From the NCBI GenBank assembly GCA_016281775.1, contig JAEEJH010000079.1:1636-65635 (forward strand): DNA of 64,000 bases, read 5' to 3'. Under the pieces are notes generated by a model, which was not told where the DNA came from, made no database searches, and worked only from the letters and a program-made list of their open reading frames with translations. The position numbers were made by a program, and so were the translations under genes. Shown one piece after another: positions 8,564-19,303 of the stretch (its first letter is position 1; the number at the start of each line of letters is the position of its first letter). Source of the DNA: Clostridiales bacterium (GTDB lineage Bacteria > Bacillota > Clostridia > Oscillospirales > CAG-272).

Positions 8564-10648
8564 TTATGTTTTTCTGTATTTTGCGTTTTTGCCTACGCTC
8601 ATTCTGAAATCTATCTTTGATGGCGCCGGATGTTCCGATTCAGCCGTCTCAAGAAGTTTTTCGCGGTTTTCATCAAAACTTACGCCCGTCTTTTGCGCGA
8701 TAAGTCTTGCGTGATACTCGAACCAGAGATCAGTAAGGCTCGTCTCGCCTTCTCTGACCGCCGACAGATCATGTTCGAACAGTTTGCCTACATACTCAAG
8801 TTCGTTCAGCTTGAGCGCGCACGCGGCGGCGAGTATCATAATTCTGTCTTTATTCTGAAATTCGGTTTTAAGCGATCGAAACAGCTCCCACGATTTTTTA
8901 TACTTACCGTTTTCGTTGAGAAATTCCATATACTCGACCGCAAACGAGAAATCGCAGCCGGAGGCAGGGTCTGCAAAGATGAGATCGTAATACTTCTCAG
9001 CTCTTTCTTTATCGCCGCGCAGCCTGTATAATTCAGCAAGATTGCGTTTGGCCCATACGTTAGGCTCGCACCTGTCGGATAGAAGCCATTCGTCTTCGGC
9101 AAGTTTTTCATATACTCCGGCTTCGCTCCAGTATCTCGCTTCATCTGCGACTTTTGTATCGTCCCAGTGTTCAAAAAGCATATTGCCGTAATGCAGATGC
9201 GCGTACCAGTTATCTCTCTTCGATAAAAGCCTCATCCATTTATCAGACACCATCCATGAAGCCGGTATCTTATCGGGCTCGGTCCTCTTCAATTCTCCGC
9301 TGTTCAATAACGATATCCACACGGACTGTTCTTCCGAAAGTGAGCTTTCGGGAAAACAGGCGGTATCAGGAAGTTTTTTCTCACCGAATTTCTCCCGGCG
9401 CATATTCTCAAGAGCGCCCCAACCGCTCGCGCGGTGCACGATATCGCGTTCGGTCACGGCGATATCCGCGCTTTTGCGGTATTGCTCATCGCAGGCAAGC
9501 AGAAATTCTTCGCTTACCAGTCCTTCGACCGTAAGGCCGAACGCTGTATCCGCCTCGTCCAGACTGACGCCGTGTATTTTATCCGGCTCTATGAAAGCGC
9601 AGCCGAAGCACTGCGTCCACTCAATAACCGAGTTCTTCGGAAACGGTCTGTCGTGCATCTGACTTCTCGCTATACCCGCCTGTATCTCGATATATTCGCC
9701 GTTTACGCCGTCTGACAGATACTGCTGCCAGTGTCTGCCGCCGTCATGATTGCCCCAGCAAAACATTTTGTGATATATCAGCGGCGCGTTCGATCTGTCA
9801 TAGAAAGCGTAACCGTCTTTATTTACTGCCGCTTCCCACGAAGTTGCAGCGCCGTTTTCGGGTTGAAAGAAGTAGTCAAAACTCCTCGTCGCGTTGATCG
9901 AATACGACAGATCTCCCGGCATGACCGACAGATAAGGCAGTTTTTCGTAGGTCAGTGTGTTGCCGCATACCGCTATAACGTCCTTCGTCGACGAAAGTAC
10001 TCTCGTGCATCCGTCTTCCGGTACCGCAACGTTCGTCCACCAGTAAGTCGTTTTATCGGTATCGTCAGGATTTATGAGACGTACGTGAGAAAACAGCTGT
10101 CTTGAGGCCCGAGGCAGATGAAAATCTATCTGCCATATACATTCTTTAGCTCGTTCGAATTCGTATATACGCAGAAATTCTTCGCCGTCGCCGCCTTTAA
10201 GGATCGCCGCCCATATGTCATCACAGGTGAAATACGTATGACCCGGAGCGCCGAAATTCCATTCGATACCGCCTGACAGCCACGCGTCACGCACTGCAAG
10301 ATTGCCGGGTTGCACGACCGTATTAGCCATAAGCATTTCGCGCCCGTGCTCTTTATCGTACATAGACCACAGCTTACCGCCGAGAGACGGAGTGAAAACG
10401 GCTTTGATATATTCGTTTTCCATAACGACGGTATCGAGGCGCAGTATTTTGCGATCCCTCCCGTATCTGTTCTGCATTCTGTAAGGCAGAGTGCGCGGAC
10501 AGCTGTTGAGATCCTTCTCAGCCTCTTCGGGAAAACCCTCGCCGGTCCTGAACACCCAGAAGCCGGTGCGGCGTCTGAATCGGGGCAAGGGGTCGGTCCC
10601 CTCCGGTAAAGCGCCCGGTATAATGAGTTCGTCTTTTCTGACAGACAT
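8564..10648 (-). CDS. DUF5107-like protein (aldose-epimerase-like N-terminal part plus C-terminal helical/TPR-like repeats)
   Basis: 694 aa. I recognise the N-terminal pattern (LPYRMQNRYGRDR..., GGIEWNFG..GHT) as DUF5107-like. The C-terminal half is helical-repeat rich. The family assignment was not verified by search. Confidence 0.5.
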   Translation of the reverse strand: MSVRKDELIIPGALPEGTDPLPRFRRRTGFWVFRTGEGFPEEAEKDLNSCPRTLPYRMQNRYGRDRKILRLDTVVMENEYIKAVFTPSLGGKLWSMYDKEHGREMLMANTVVQPGNLAVRDAWLSGGIEWNFGAPGHTYFTCDDIWAAILKGGDGEEFLRIYEFERAKECIWQIDFHLPRASRQLFSHVRLINPDDTDKTTYWWTNVAVPEDGCTRVLSSTKDVIAVCGNTLTYEKLPYLSVMPGDLSYSINATRSFDYFFQPENGAATSWEAAVNKDGYAFYDRSNAPLIYHKMFCWGNHDGGRHWQQYLSDGVNGEYIEIQAGIARSQMHDRPFPKNSVIEWTQCFGCAFIEPDKIHGVSLDEADTAFGLTVEGLVSEEFLLACDEQYRKSADIAVTERDIVHRASGWGALENMRREKFGEKKLPDTACFPESSLSEEQSVWISLLNSGELKRTEPDKIPASWMVSDKWMRLLSKRDNWYAHLHYGNMLFEHWDDTKVADEARYWSEAGVYEKLAEDEWLLSDRCEPNVWAKRNLAELYRLRGDKERAEKYYDLIFADPASGCDFSFAVEYMEFLNENGKYKKSWELFRSLKTEFQNKDRIMILAAACALKLNELEYVGKLFEHDLSAVREGETSLTDLWFEYHARLIAQKTGVSFDENREKLLETAESEHPAPSKIDFRMSVGKNAKYRKT

Positions 10649-10659
10649 TTCGTCACCCT

Positions 10660-13600
10660 TTATTGATCGTCGTCATCATCGTCGACTGAGTTGAACATAC
10701 TGAACATGGTTATCTGATTCGTTTCGTCAAGACCGCTCAGTACGCCTTCATTTCTCAATATGTCTATAACGCCGTTCGTTAGCTTAGCGTACTGTTTCAG
10801 TTCGAGTATAGACGTGATCTTGTGTTTACTGCAGGCTTCAGCTATGTTTTCAGCCGCCGCCTCGCCCAAGCCGTTGAGGCTTGCGAACGGCACTCTGATC
10901 TTGCCGTTTTCAGGCAGAAAAGCTTTGCCGTCCGATTTGCCGAGTTTGACCGGCAGAAACTTTATACCGCGGCACATAGCTTCAAGTATGAGCTGACAAG
11001 CGGAATATACTTCGTTTTCCCGCTGAGTCGTTTCTTTTCTCTTTTCATAGTCCGCCATCCATTCACGCACCGCGGCTTTGCCTTTCATTACAAGGGCGGC
11101 GTCGAAACCGTCCGGCGCGGCGGTAAAATATGCAGCGTAGAATTCGAGAGGATTATAGACCTTGTGATAACCGAGCCGCAGAGCCGATATAACGTATGCA
11201 GCGGCGTGGGCCTTAGGGAACATATATTTGATCTTAAGGCACGATTCGATATACCATTCCGGTACGTTATGCTCGCGCATCGCCTGAAAATGTTCCTCTT
11301 TAAGGATTTTCGGCGGTTTATTTCCCTTACGTACTATCTCCATTATATTGAACGCCATCGAGGGTTCGAGACCTTTATACATAAGATATACCATTATGCT
11401 GTCGCGCGTTCCTATAACTTCGGATATGGTACAGGTGCCGCTCTTGATTAGATCCTGAGCGTTTCCGAGCCAGACGTTCGTGCCGTGCGAAAGTCCCGAT
11501 ACCTGCAGTAAGTCGGTAAAAGTTTTCGGCTGAGAGTCTTCAAGCATCTGGCGTACGAATTTCGTTCCGAATTCCGGCAGACCGAACGTACCGCTCTTGA
11601 GCGGATCGGCAGAACCCGATACGTCGATATCAGACGGAAGTATGCCGAGCGGTTCGCACGAGGTGAACAGCTTCATGACCTGCGGATCCGTAAGAGGCGT
11701 ATCAAGTATATTCGTATGCGTGTATTTTTCAAGTATCTTGTATTTTGTCGGCACATCGTGACCGAGTATATCGAGTTTAAGTATCGTATCGTGCAGATAT
11801 TCAAATGCAAAGTGCGTAGTTATGATATCCGACTTCGGATCGTCCGCCGGGTGCTGTACCGGCGTAAAATCGTACACCTCGTATTCTCTCGGCACAACTA
11901 TGATGCCGCCCGGATGCTGACCTGTCGTACGTTTACTGCCGACGAGCATACTTACAAGATGCTGTATCTCTGCGTTGCGAAGACTTATATTGTTGTCTTC
12001 AAGGTACTTCATCACGTACAGTCCGTACGCTGTCTTTGCCGCGAGCGTACCTATCGTACCGGCGCGGAAAACGTTCTCCGCTCCGAAAAGCACCTCGGTA
12101 TACTTATGCGCGTTAGCCTGAACGTCGCCCGAAAAGTTGAGATCTATGTCAGGCGATTTATCGCCTTTGAAGCCGAGAAACGTTTCAAACGGAATATCGT
12201 GACCGTCCCTTACGTATTTTGCTCCGCATTTCGGGCAGTTTTTCTCCGGCAGATCGAAGCCGGAGCCGTAAGAACCGTCGGTTATGAATTCCGAATTTTT
12301 GCAATTCGGGCATCTGTAATGAGGCGGCAGCGGGTTGACCTCGGTGATATTCGCCATAGTTGCAACGAATGATGAACCGACCGAGCCTCTCGAACCAACG
12401 AGATATCCCTGCGCCTCGCTGTTTTCAACGAGTTTTTTCGCAATGACGTACAGAACGCCGAATTTATGCTCGAATATAGATCCGAGTTCTTTTTCGAGTC
12501 TGTTTTTTACTATATCTGGCGGATTGTCGCCGTACAGGCGGTGCATGTTTTTATAGCAGATATCGCGCAGTTCGTCGTCAGCGCCGGGTATACTCGGAGG
12601 ATAACTGCCTTTCGGTATCGGGCGTATGTTTTCGATCATATCTGCAACGGCGTTCGTATTTCTCACAACGACGTCATATCTTGTCTCGCTGTCGAGATAA
12701 TAGAATTCGTCAAGCATTTCTTCGGTCGTACGCATATAAACGCCGATATCGTTATCCGAATCTTTGAGTTTCTTGCCGTGATATATTATGCGCTTGCCGA
12801 TCTCGTCGAATTTCTCTGTGACGTGAGCGTCTGTCGTCGCGCATACGGGTTTGCCGTTCTTCTGCCCGAGTTCTATGATACGTTTATTTATGGTAATAAG
12901 CTGTTCAATGCCGGAAACGGTCCCCTCTTTTACAAGGAACTGATTGTTAGAGAGCGGCTGTATTTCGAGATAATCGTAATACTGAGCTATCTCGTTGAGT
13001 TCTTCGTCGGATTTGCCGTCCAGTATCGCCTGATATAACTCTCCGGCACAGCAGGCGGAGCCTATAATGAGTCCTTCTCTGTATTCGTTCAGTACCGATT
13101 TGGGTATCTGCGGCTTTCTGTAATAATACTTGAGATTTGACAGAGAGACGAGCTTGTAAAGATTTTTAAGACCGGTTTTGTTCTTTGCGAGAATGATAAT
13201 ATGATGTGTTCTCTGCTTGAGAAAATCCGTACCGCCCGCCATGGCGGTATTCATTTCAGAGATCGTCCCGATCCCTTCTTCGCGCAGTCTTTCTATCATA
13301 CGGAAGAATATGAGCGCGAGCATTTCCGCATCGTCTGAAGCCCGGTGATGGTTGAAATCGCCTAAACCGTAATAATTGGCGATCACGTCGAGCTTATGCT
13401 TTTTCAGCTCCGGGTTGACGTAACGCGAAAGCGCGACCGTGTCTATATATACCGGTTCGAATTTTATATCATGGCGTTTTGCCGCCGCGGAAATGAAGTT
13501 GATATCGAACGACGCGTTATGCGCTATCAGCACGTCGTCGCCGGCAAACTCGAGAAACGCTTTTACCGCTTCTTCTTCAGACGGAGCTCCGACGAGCATC

Positions 13601-15135
13601 TCGTCGCTAATACCTGTCAGTTCCGTTATATTTTCCGGCACGTGACATTCGGGATCCACATACGTATTGAATACGTCTGTCACCTCGCCGTCCTTAACTT
13701 TTACGGCGCCGATCTCTATCAGTCTGCACGACAAAGCGGAAAGACCTGTCGTCTCGGTATCGAACACTACGAATTCATCCGAAAAAGTGCCCTCTCCCGC
13801 GCCGTAAGCCGCACGCTGGGTATCGTCTGTAAAATACCCCTCCATACCGTAGATGACTTTTATATCGATATCTTTGTCTTTTTTGAGTTTTTCCGCGGCG
13901 ATCATAGCTTCGGGAAAACCCTGAACGTTGCCGTGATCTGTTATCGCAACAGCTCTGTGACCCCACGCCGCGGAGATCTCAACCGCCTGATCCGGCGGTA
14001 TGGTGGCGTCAAGCGCTGACATCTGGGTATGCAAATGAAGCTCTACGCGCTTCTCTTCCGCCTTATCGGATCTTAACAGCTTTTTGACCGACATAACGCC
14101 GTCCGGAGACATAACGTAATCGCGATCGAACGTATCTATTTTTATTCTGCCTTTAACGGCTACGGCTTTGCCGTCCTTCATACCTGCCAGATCGGACGCC
14201 TTGTCCGCAGGCAGAACGGCTTTGACCTTCATGGTCGAGTCGCCGTCGGTCACGTAGAATGAAACCGACGTTTTGTCCTTGCCTCTGATCTCTCTCGAAT
14301 CACATCCGAAGACGGTACCGATTATACATACGTGAGACATCTGGCCGCCGATCGATCTTATCGGCACAGGTTCAATGCTGAATTCGCTGCCGTATATAAG
14401 TCCCGCGCCGACGGTATTGAACCTGAATCTGCCGATCATGACGTTTTCGGGATCCCGGTTGTCGTCGAACGGCGCTTCTTCGCAAAGCGAAACGAGCTTT
14501 TGCTTTATCTCTTTCTGTATCGCTTCTTTTTCGTTTGCGTTCTCTTCGTTTTTCCAGCGCTCATAGCTGTGAAGCTGCTGTATCGCTTTCTGAACCGTGT
14601 CGCGTTCTAATTCAGCCTGCTCGGCCTCGAACCGTTCGTAACCGGTACGGCCGTCGTCTACCAGGTGCAGATTGACTTTCTTTCTTATATCAAATTCTTC
14701 TTCTATTATCTTACTTATCGCAAACGCTGCGTCGGAGCATTCTATAAGCGCCATGCCGCTGCTCGTCTGGTGTACGTATATATCGATCTCGTCGCCTATA
14801 TCGGCTTCGTAGTTGATTATAAGTCCTCTCGTGAGCGCTTTTCTTGTACTTGCTTCTATAAATACTTCGCTAAGATATTTTGCACCGAAGAATTCCGACG
14901 GATATTTCGGAGCTATTCTTACGGACTTCATATCGTAAAACGCTCTTATGTTTTCTTCGGTTTTATAAAGCTGCTGTTTGCCGTATAGCCGAGAAAACTT
15001 CGCCGTGACGACGAAGTTCGTTTTATCCTGATCTATCTTGGTGCTGACGACGATACCGTCGGAGAGCAGTTTTTCTTCATCTCTGTCCTTCGGCTCGTAT
15101 TTCTGGAAAATCTCTTTAAGTGTCTTGTTTGCCAT
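10660..15135 (-). CDS. polC: DNA polymerase III PolC-type alpha subunit
   Basis: 1491 aa. It has a PHP domain (VELHLHTQMSALD) and an inserted DEDDh exonuclease (VVFDTETTGLS, HNASFDINF, HRASDDAEM). Zn-finger cysteines are CPNC...CPKC. The start overlaps the ispG stop by 1 nt. Confidence 0.95.
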   Translation of the reverse strand: MANKTLKEIFQKYEPKDRDEEKLLSDGIVVSTKIDQDKTNFVVTAKFSRLYGKQQLYKTEENIRAFYDMKSVRIAPKYPSEFFGAKYLSEVFIEASTRKALTRGLIINYEADIGDEIDIYVHQTSSGMALIECSDAAFAISKIIEEEFDIRKKVNLHLVDDGRTGYERFEAEQAELERDTVQKAIQQLHSYERWKNEENANEKEAIQKEIKQKLVSLCEEAPFDDNRDPENVMIGRFRFNTVGAGLIYGSEFSIEPVPIRSIGGQMSHVCIIGTVFGCDSREIRGKDKTSVSFYVTDGDSTMKVKAVLPADKASDLAGMKDGKAVAVKGRIKIDTFDRDYVMSPDGVMSVKKLLRSDKAEEKRVELHLHTQMSALDATIPPDQAVEISAAWGHRAVAITDHGNVQGFPEAMIAAEKLKKDKDIDIKVIYGMEGYFTDDTQRAAYGAGEGTFSDEFVVFDTETTGLSALSCRLIEIGAVKVKDGEVTDVFNTYVDPECHVPENITELTGISDEMLVGAPSEEEAVKAFLEFAGDDVLIAHNASFDINFISAAAKRHDIKFEPVYIDTVALSRYVNPELKKHKLDVIANYYGLGDFNHHRASDDAEMLALIFFRMIERLREEGIGTISEMNTAMAGGTDFLKQRTHHIIILAKNKTGLKNLYKLVSLSNLKYYYRKPQIPKSVLNEYREGLIIGSACCAGELYQAILDGKSDEELNEIAQYYDYLEIQPLSNNQFLVKEGTVSGIEQLITINKRIIELGQKNGKPVCATTDAHVTEKFDEIGKRIIYHGKKLKDSDNDIGVYMRTTEEMLDEFYYLDSETRYDVVVRNTNAVADMIENIRPIPKGSYPPSIPGADDELRDICYKNMHRLYGDNPPDIVKNRLEKELGSIFEHKFGVLYVIAKKLVENSEAQGYLVGSRGSVGSSFVATMANITEVNPLPPHYRCPNCKNSEFITDGSYGSGFDLPEKNCPKCGAKYVRDGHDIPFETFLGFKGDKSPDIDLNFSGDVQANAHKYTEVLFGAENVFRAGTIGTLAAKTAYGLYVMKYLEDNNISLRNAEIQHLVSMLVGSKRTTGQHPGGIIVVPREYEVYDFTPVQHPADDPKSDIITTHFAFEYLHDTILKLDILGHDVPTKYKILEKYTHTNILDTPLTDPQVMKLFTSCEPLGILPSDIDVSGSADPLKSGTFGLPEFGTKFVRQMLEDSQPKTFTDLLQVSGLSHGTNVWLGNAQDLIKSGTCTISEVIGTRDSIMVYLMYKGLEPSMAFNIMEIVRKGNKPPKILKEEHFQAMREHNVPEWYIESCLKIKYMFPKAHAAAYVISALRLGYHKVYNPLEFYAAYFTAAPDGFDAALVMKGKAAVREWMADYEKRKETTQRENEVYSACQLILEAMCRGIKFLPVKLGKSDGKAFLPENGKIRVPFASLNGLGEAAAENIAEACSKHKITSILELKQYAKLTNGVIDILRNEGVLSGLDETNQITMFSMFNSVDDDDDDQ

Positions 15136-16190
15136 TACAGTTTATTTATTTCTTCCCTTAGAACTTGCAGTATTTTATCGTACGGTATTTTCTTTTCGGG
15201 TCTTCCGCGTTTGAAAAGCAGAGCTTCGCCTTTGCCGCCGGCGATACCTAAGTCACATTCAGCCGCTTCGCCCGGTCCGTTTACGGCGCATCCCATAAGC
15301 GCGACCTTGACGGGGCGCGAGGGTCGAAGCTCCGGTATGATCGAATCGAATTCGTCGCAGAGTTTTATCAGATCGATCTGCGTTCTGCCGCACGTAGGGC
15401 ATGAAACGACCGATATGAGCGGAGATGACAGACCGAGCGATTCGAGCAGAGCCTTTGCCGCTCTGACCTCTTCGACCGGATCGTCCGTAAGCGAGACCCT
15501 TACCGTATCGCCTATACCGTCGCATAAAAGCGAACCTATTCCGACCGCGCTTTTATATAAGCCCGTTCTCTTTGTTCCCGCCTCGGTAACTCCGAGATGT
15601 ATCGGATAACCGCATTTTTCCGCGATGATCCGGTTAGCTTTTATCATCGTGATAACGTCGGACGATTTGACCGACAAAACTATATCGTCAAAATCGAAAC
15701 GCTCAAGAAGCGACGCGTGATACAGCGCGCTTTCCGCCAAAGCTTCGGGCGTCGGCGATCCGTATTTTGCAAGTATGTGCTTTTCGAGCGAACCGCCGTT
15801 GACGCCTATGCGTATCGGTATTCTTTTAAGTCTTGCCGCGTCGGCTACCGCTTTTATCCTGTCTTCGTCGCCGATATTGCCGGGGTTTATTCTGATCTTG
15901 TCTATACCGGCGTCAATGCAGGCAAGCGCCGTCTTGTAATCAAAATGTATGTCCGCTACGAACGGCATATACGGGAATTCGCTTTTGAATTCGTATATCG
16001 CGCGCGCGTCTTCGGGTTTTACGACGGCGAATCTGATTATATCGCAGCCGGCTTCGGCAAGTCTTTTGATTTGAGCTTTTGACGCTTCTGTATCGGCTGT
16101 GTCTGTGTTGAGCATCGACTGTACCGTTATGCGCGAGCCGCCGCCTATACTCACGCCGTTTGCTCTTATTTCTTTTGAAATCCTTCTCAT
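15135..16190 (-). CDS. ispG: 4-hydroxy-3-methylbut-2-en-1-yl diphosphate synthase
   Basis: 351 aa with full-length GcpE-like sequence. Cluster cysteines are SCPTCGRT ... GCAVNGPGE. Confidence 0.95.
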   Translation of the reverse strand: MRRISKEIRANGVSIGGGSRITVQSMLNTDTADTEASKAQIKRLAEAGCDIIRFAVVKPEDARAIYEFKSEFPYMPFVADIHFDYKTALACIDAGIDKIRINPGNIGDEDRIKAVADAARLKRIPIRIGVNGGSLEKHILAKYGSPTPEALAESALYHASLLERFDFDDIVLSVKSSDVITMIKANRIIAEKCGYPIHLGVTEAGTKRTGLYKSAVGIGSLLCDGIGDTVRVSLTDDPVEEVRAAKALLESLGLSSPLISVVSCPTCGRTQIDLIKLCDEFDSIIPELRPSRPVKVALMGCAVNGPGEAAECDLGIAGGKGEALLFKRGRPEKKIPYDKILQVLREEINKL

Positions 16191-17269
16191 GAAAACAGTG
16201 AAATAATATCTTTAAACGTTACGACGACCATAAGTATAAGCAGAACTATTATGCCCGCCAGATGAACGTAACCTTCGTATTTGGGATTTATCGGCTTGCC
16301 TCTGATCATCTCGATCAGCACGAACACTATACGCGAGCCGTCGAGCGCGGGCAGGGGCAGAAGATTGAATACGCCGAGATTCATCGTGATGAATATGCTC
16401 ATATACACGAGATTCGCCACGCCGAGTTTGGCGCTTTCTGCGACGGCTTTCGTCACACCTACGGGTCCAGATACGGCGCTCAGTCCGTACCTGCCGGTTA
16501 TAAGATCGAACAGCGACTGCCAGATCATTTTGATAGTAGAAAACGACGCGTGGACCGAATATGAGACGACGTTGCCGAACGTCTTCTCCATAGCCGATAC
16601 TTTGAAGAACATATCCCCGAATACAGCGCCCTGTTCCTCGATAACGGGAAATACGACGTTATGCAGAGTCACCGTCTCGCCGTTGCGGACTACGGTTATA
16701 TCGGTCGGTTCGTAACACTGGTGCATTATTTCGTACGCGAGCTCCTGGTAATATTTTACCTTTGTATCGCCTATCCGTACGATCCTGTCGCCGAGCAGTA
16801 TCTCTTCCGACTGCGTCTGCGTATAACTCTCGTCAAATTCAGCGACGGTAGTTCCGCCGACTAAAAAATTCGGAGTCGCAACGAGAATGAACATGGCTAT
16901 CACTCCCGTCAGAATATTCATCAGCGCGCCGGACGACAGTATTATCAGTCTTTTCCAAGGTTTGGCGGAATTGAGCGCGGCGGGATCGTCGTTTTCTTCA
17001 TCCTCGCCGAGCATTTTGACGTAACCGCCGATCGGAAAAAGACGCAGAGAATATTTGATTTCCGTTTTTTTGCTCGTATACGATACGAGCGCAGGTCCCA
17101 TACCGATCGAAAATTCAAGCACTTTTACGCCGAGCAGCCGCGCGGCGGTATAGTGACCGAGTTCATGTATGAGAATAAGCAGACCGAATATGAAGATCGC
17201 CACTATAACGTAAAGTATGTTCGTAACGATCTCCGGCATCAGTATGCCGCTAAATAAACTTATCGACAT
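16187..17269 (-). CDS. rseP: RIP metalloprotease RseP (site-2 protease, M50)
   Basis: 360 aa. It has the HELGHY zinc motif, a central PDZ-like segment, and the NLLPLPALDG motif. Confidence 0.9.
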   Translation of the reverse strand: MSISLFSGILMPEIVTNILYVIVAIFIFGLLILIHELGHYTAARLLGVKVLEFSIGMGPALVSYTSKKTEIKYSLRLFPIGGYVKMLGEDEENDDPAALNSAKPWKRLIILSSGALMNILTGVIAMFILVATPNFLVGGTTVAEFDESYTQTQSEEILLGDRIVRIGDTKVKYYQELAYEIMHQCYEPTDITVVRNGETVTLHNVVFPVIEEQGAVFGDMFFKVSAMEKTFGNVVSYSVHASFSTIKMIWQSLFDLITGRYGLSAVSGPVGVTKAVAESAKLGVANLVYMSIFITMNLGVFNLLPLPALDGSRIVFVLIEMIRGKPINPKYEGYVHLAGIIVLLILMVVVTFKDIISLFS

Positions 17270-17273
17270 TTAA

Positions 17274-18428
17274 TTACGGTTTCTCCTTAAGTGAATACGC
17301 TTTTGCTCTGACGTAAGCGTCTGTTTCAAGTATATCGGGCAGAGACGGCTCCTTGACGTCGCCGACGTCCGTTATGGCTTTGCTCACCAGTTCGTATATG
17401 CCGTTGAAACTGAGTCTGCCCTGCAGAAACAGCTCGGCAGCGACTTCGTTCGCGGCGTTATACGCGCAGGGTAATACCCCGCCTTTTTCCGCGCACGATT
17501 CAGCGAGCGCGAGCATCGGGAACGCTTCTCTATCGGGTTCAGCAAACGTAAGCTTCGATATCTTACACAGATCGAGTTCCTCAGCGACCGCGTCGCATCT
17601 GTTCGGATAAGTCAGAGCGTACTGAGCCGGATATCTCATATCCGGAACGGAAAGTTGAGCGATAACGCAGTTGTCTTTGAATTCGACCATCGAATGGACG
17701 ATGCTTTCGCGGTGTACGAGCACTTTTACCTTACCGTACCCGACGCCGAATAGGTGCATCGCCTCGATTATCTCAAGGCCTTTGTTTGCGAGCGTCGCGC
17801 TGTCTACGGTGATCTTTCTGCCCATCTTCCACGTCGGATGGTTCAAAGCGTCCGAGAGGGTGACTTTTTCAAGCTCTTTTTTCGTCATACCGAAAAACGG
17901 ACCGCCGGAAGCTGTAAGAAGTATTCTTTTGACTTCTCTTTTACTGCCGTTTTGCAGGCATTGAAAGATCGCGCAGTGTTCGCTGTCTACCGGCAATATC
18001 TTCGAGTTATGCTCTTTTTTGATCCTGTTGACTGTCTGACCGGCGCATACCATGCTTTCTTTGTTGGCAAGCGCAAGCGTCTTGCCTGACCGGAGAGCCG
18101 CAAGCGTCGGCATCAGCCCGTTTTTGCCGGATACCGCGTTATATACGACGTCGCACTCGACCTGTTCGGTCAGTTTGCACATCGAATCATAACCGGAGTA
18201 TACTTTGGTATCCGTATCCGCCACGGCGGCTTTCAGAAGCGACGCGGCGTTTTCGTCAACTGCGGCGCAGTAAATCGGTTTGAAACGCCGTATCTGCGTT
18301 TCAAGCGTTTTTATATCTTTGTTCGCCGCAACGAAGACGACGTCTGCGCCGAATCTGCCGCATACGTCCGCCGCCTGTGTGCCTACGGAACCGGTGGAAC
18401 CGAGTATCGCAACTTTCTTTTTTATCAT
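17274..18428 (-). CDS. dxr: 1-deoxy-D-xylulose 5-phosphate reductoisomerase
   Basis: I trimmed the start to MIKKKVAILGSTGSVG (ATG 18426-18428, overlapping the cdsA stop). It carries the NADPH-binding GSTGSVG motif. The longer listed ORF adds 12 non-conserved residues. Confidence 0.93.
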   Translation of the reverse strand: MIKKKVAILGSTGSVGTQAADVCGRFGADVVFVAANKDIKTLETQIRRFKPIYCAAVDENAASLLKAAVADTDTKVYSGYDSMCKLTEQVECDVVYNAVSGKNGLMPTLAALRSGKTLALANKESMVCAGQTVNRIKKEHNSKILPVDSEHCAIFQCLQNGSKREVKRILLTASGGPFFGMTKKELEKVTLSDALNHPTWKMGRKITVDSATLANKGLEIIEAMHLFGVGYGKVKVLVHRESIVHSMVEFKDNCVIAQLSVPDMRYPAQYALTYPNRCDAVAEELDLCKISKLTFAEPDREAFPMLALAESCAEKGGVLPCAYNAANEVAAELFLQGRLSFNGIYELVSKAITDVGDVKEPSLPDILETDAYVRAKAYSLKEKP

Positions 18429-19282
18429 ATTATGAATACCTTGAACGCGTCTATGACAGTACACAGCATGAAAAGAAACAGAGATACGGGGATAACGCTG
18501 TCAAATCTGTCAAGTATGCCGCCGTGACCCGGCAGGATGTTGCTGAAATCCTTGATCCCAAACCTGCGTTTTACGAGGGAAAGGACAAGATCGCCGAGCT
18601 GCGATATGACCGACGTTATGACTGCGAGTATTATAAGCGCACCGAATCTGATCTCTACGTTTTTGAAAAAGATTATAAGTACGAGCGCGTACAGGCAGAA
18701 GAAGAATATATTACCGAATACGCCGCCTATCGCGCCTTCTACGGATTTGTTCGGCGATACGACAGGAGCGAGCTTGTGTTTGCCGAACATCCTGCCGATA
18801 AACCACGCGAAAACGTCCGTACCCCACGCTGCAAGAAAGATGAGCGGTACGAGATAAGCGTTCATTTCCGATATCATCACCGCCGACTGAAGACCGGCAA
18901 GAATATAGATAAGCATAAACGCTGAAAAACCGTTTTTCTCTATATCGTATTTGTCGGGCTTGAATATACAGAGCGACATCAGATAGAAAGCCAGAAGCAT
19001 ATCCGCGAACACGATTATGAGAAGCAGAACGTGCCCGTCGGAAAGTCCGTCGGCTTTTATGAAATTGTATCTGCACAACGGCACTGTCAAAGTCGCCGCG
19101 ACTGAAGGTATCAATACGGCAGGACTTGCCGTACCGACGCATTTCATAATTTCAAAAACGGCGATGACCGAGACGGCGGTCATATATACGGTCATTATCG
19201 GCGTATCGGGTATCAGCGTCGGAAGCGTGAACAGTATTATGAATATCGCCGTTACTGATCTTTTTACGGTATTGCTTTTCAA
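18425..19282 (-). CDS. cdsA: Phosphatidate cytidylyltransferase
   Basis: 285 aa polytopic membrane protein with the C-terminal signature SLVKRRFGIKDFSNILPGHGGILDRFDS. Confidence 0.9.
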   Translation of the reverse strand: MKSNTVKRSVTAIFIILFTLPTLIPDTPIMTVYMTAVSVIAVFEIMKCVGTASPAVLIPSVAATLTVPLCRYNFIKADGLSDGHVLLLIIVFADMLLAFYLMSLCIFKPDKYDIEKNGFSAFMLIYILAGLQSAVMISEMNAYLVPLIFLAAWGTDVFAWFIGRMFGKHKLAPVVSPNKSVEGAIGGVFGNIFFFCLYALVLIIFFKNVEIRFGALIILAVITSVISQLGDLVLSLVKRRFGIKDFSNILPGHGGILDRFDSVIPVSLFLFMLCTVIDAFKVFII

Positions 19283-19303
19283 TTCGTCAGATGAGCGCGG
19301 CGG

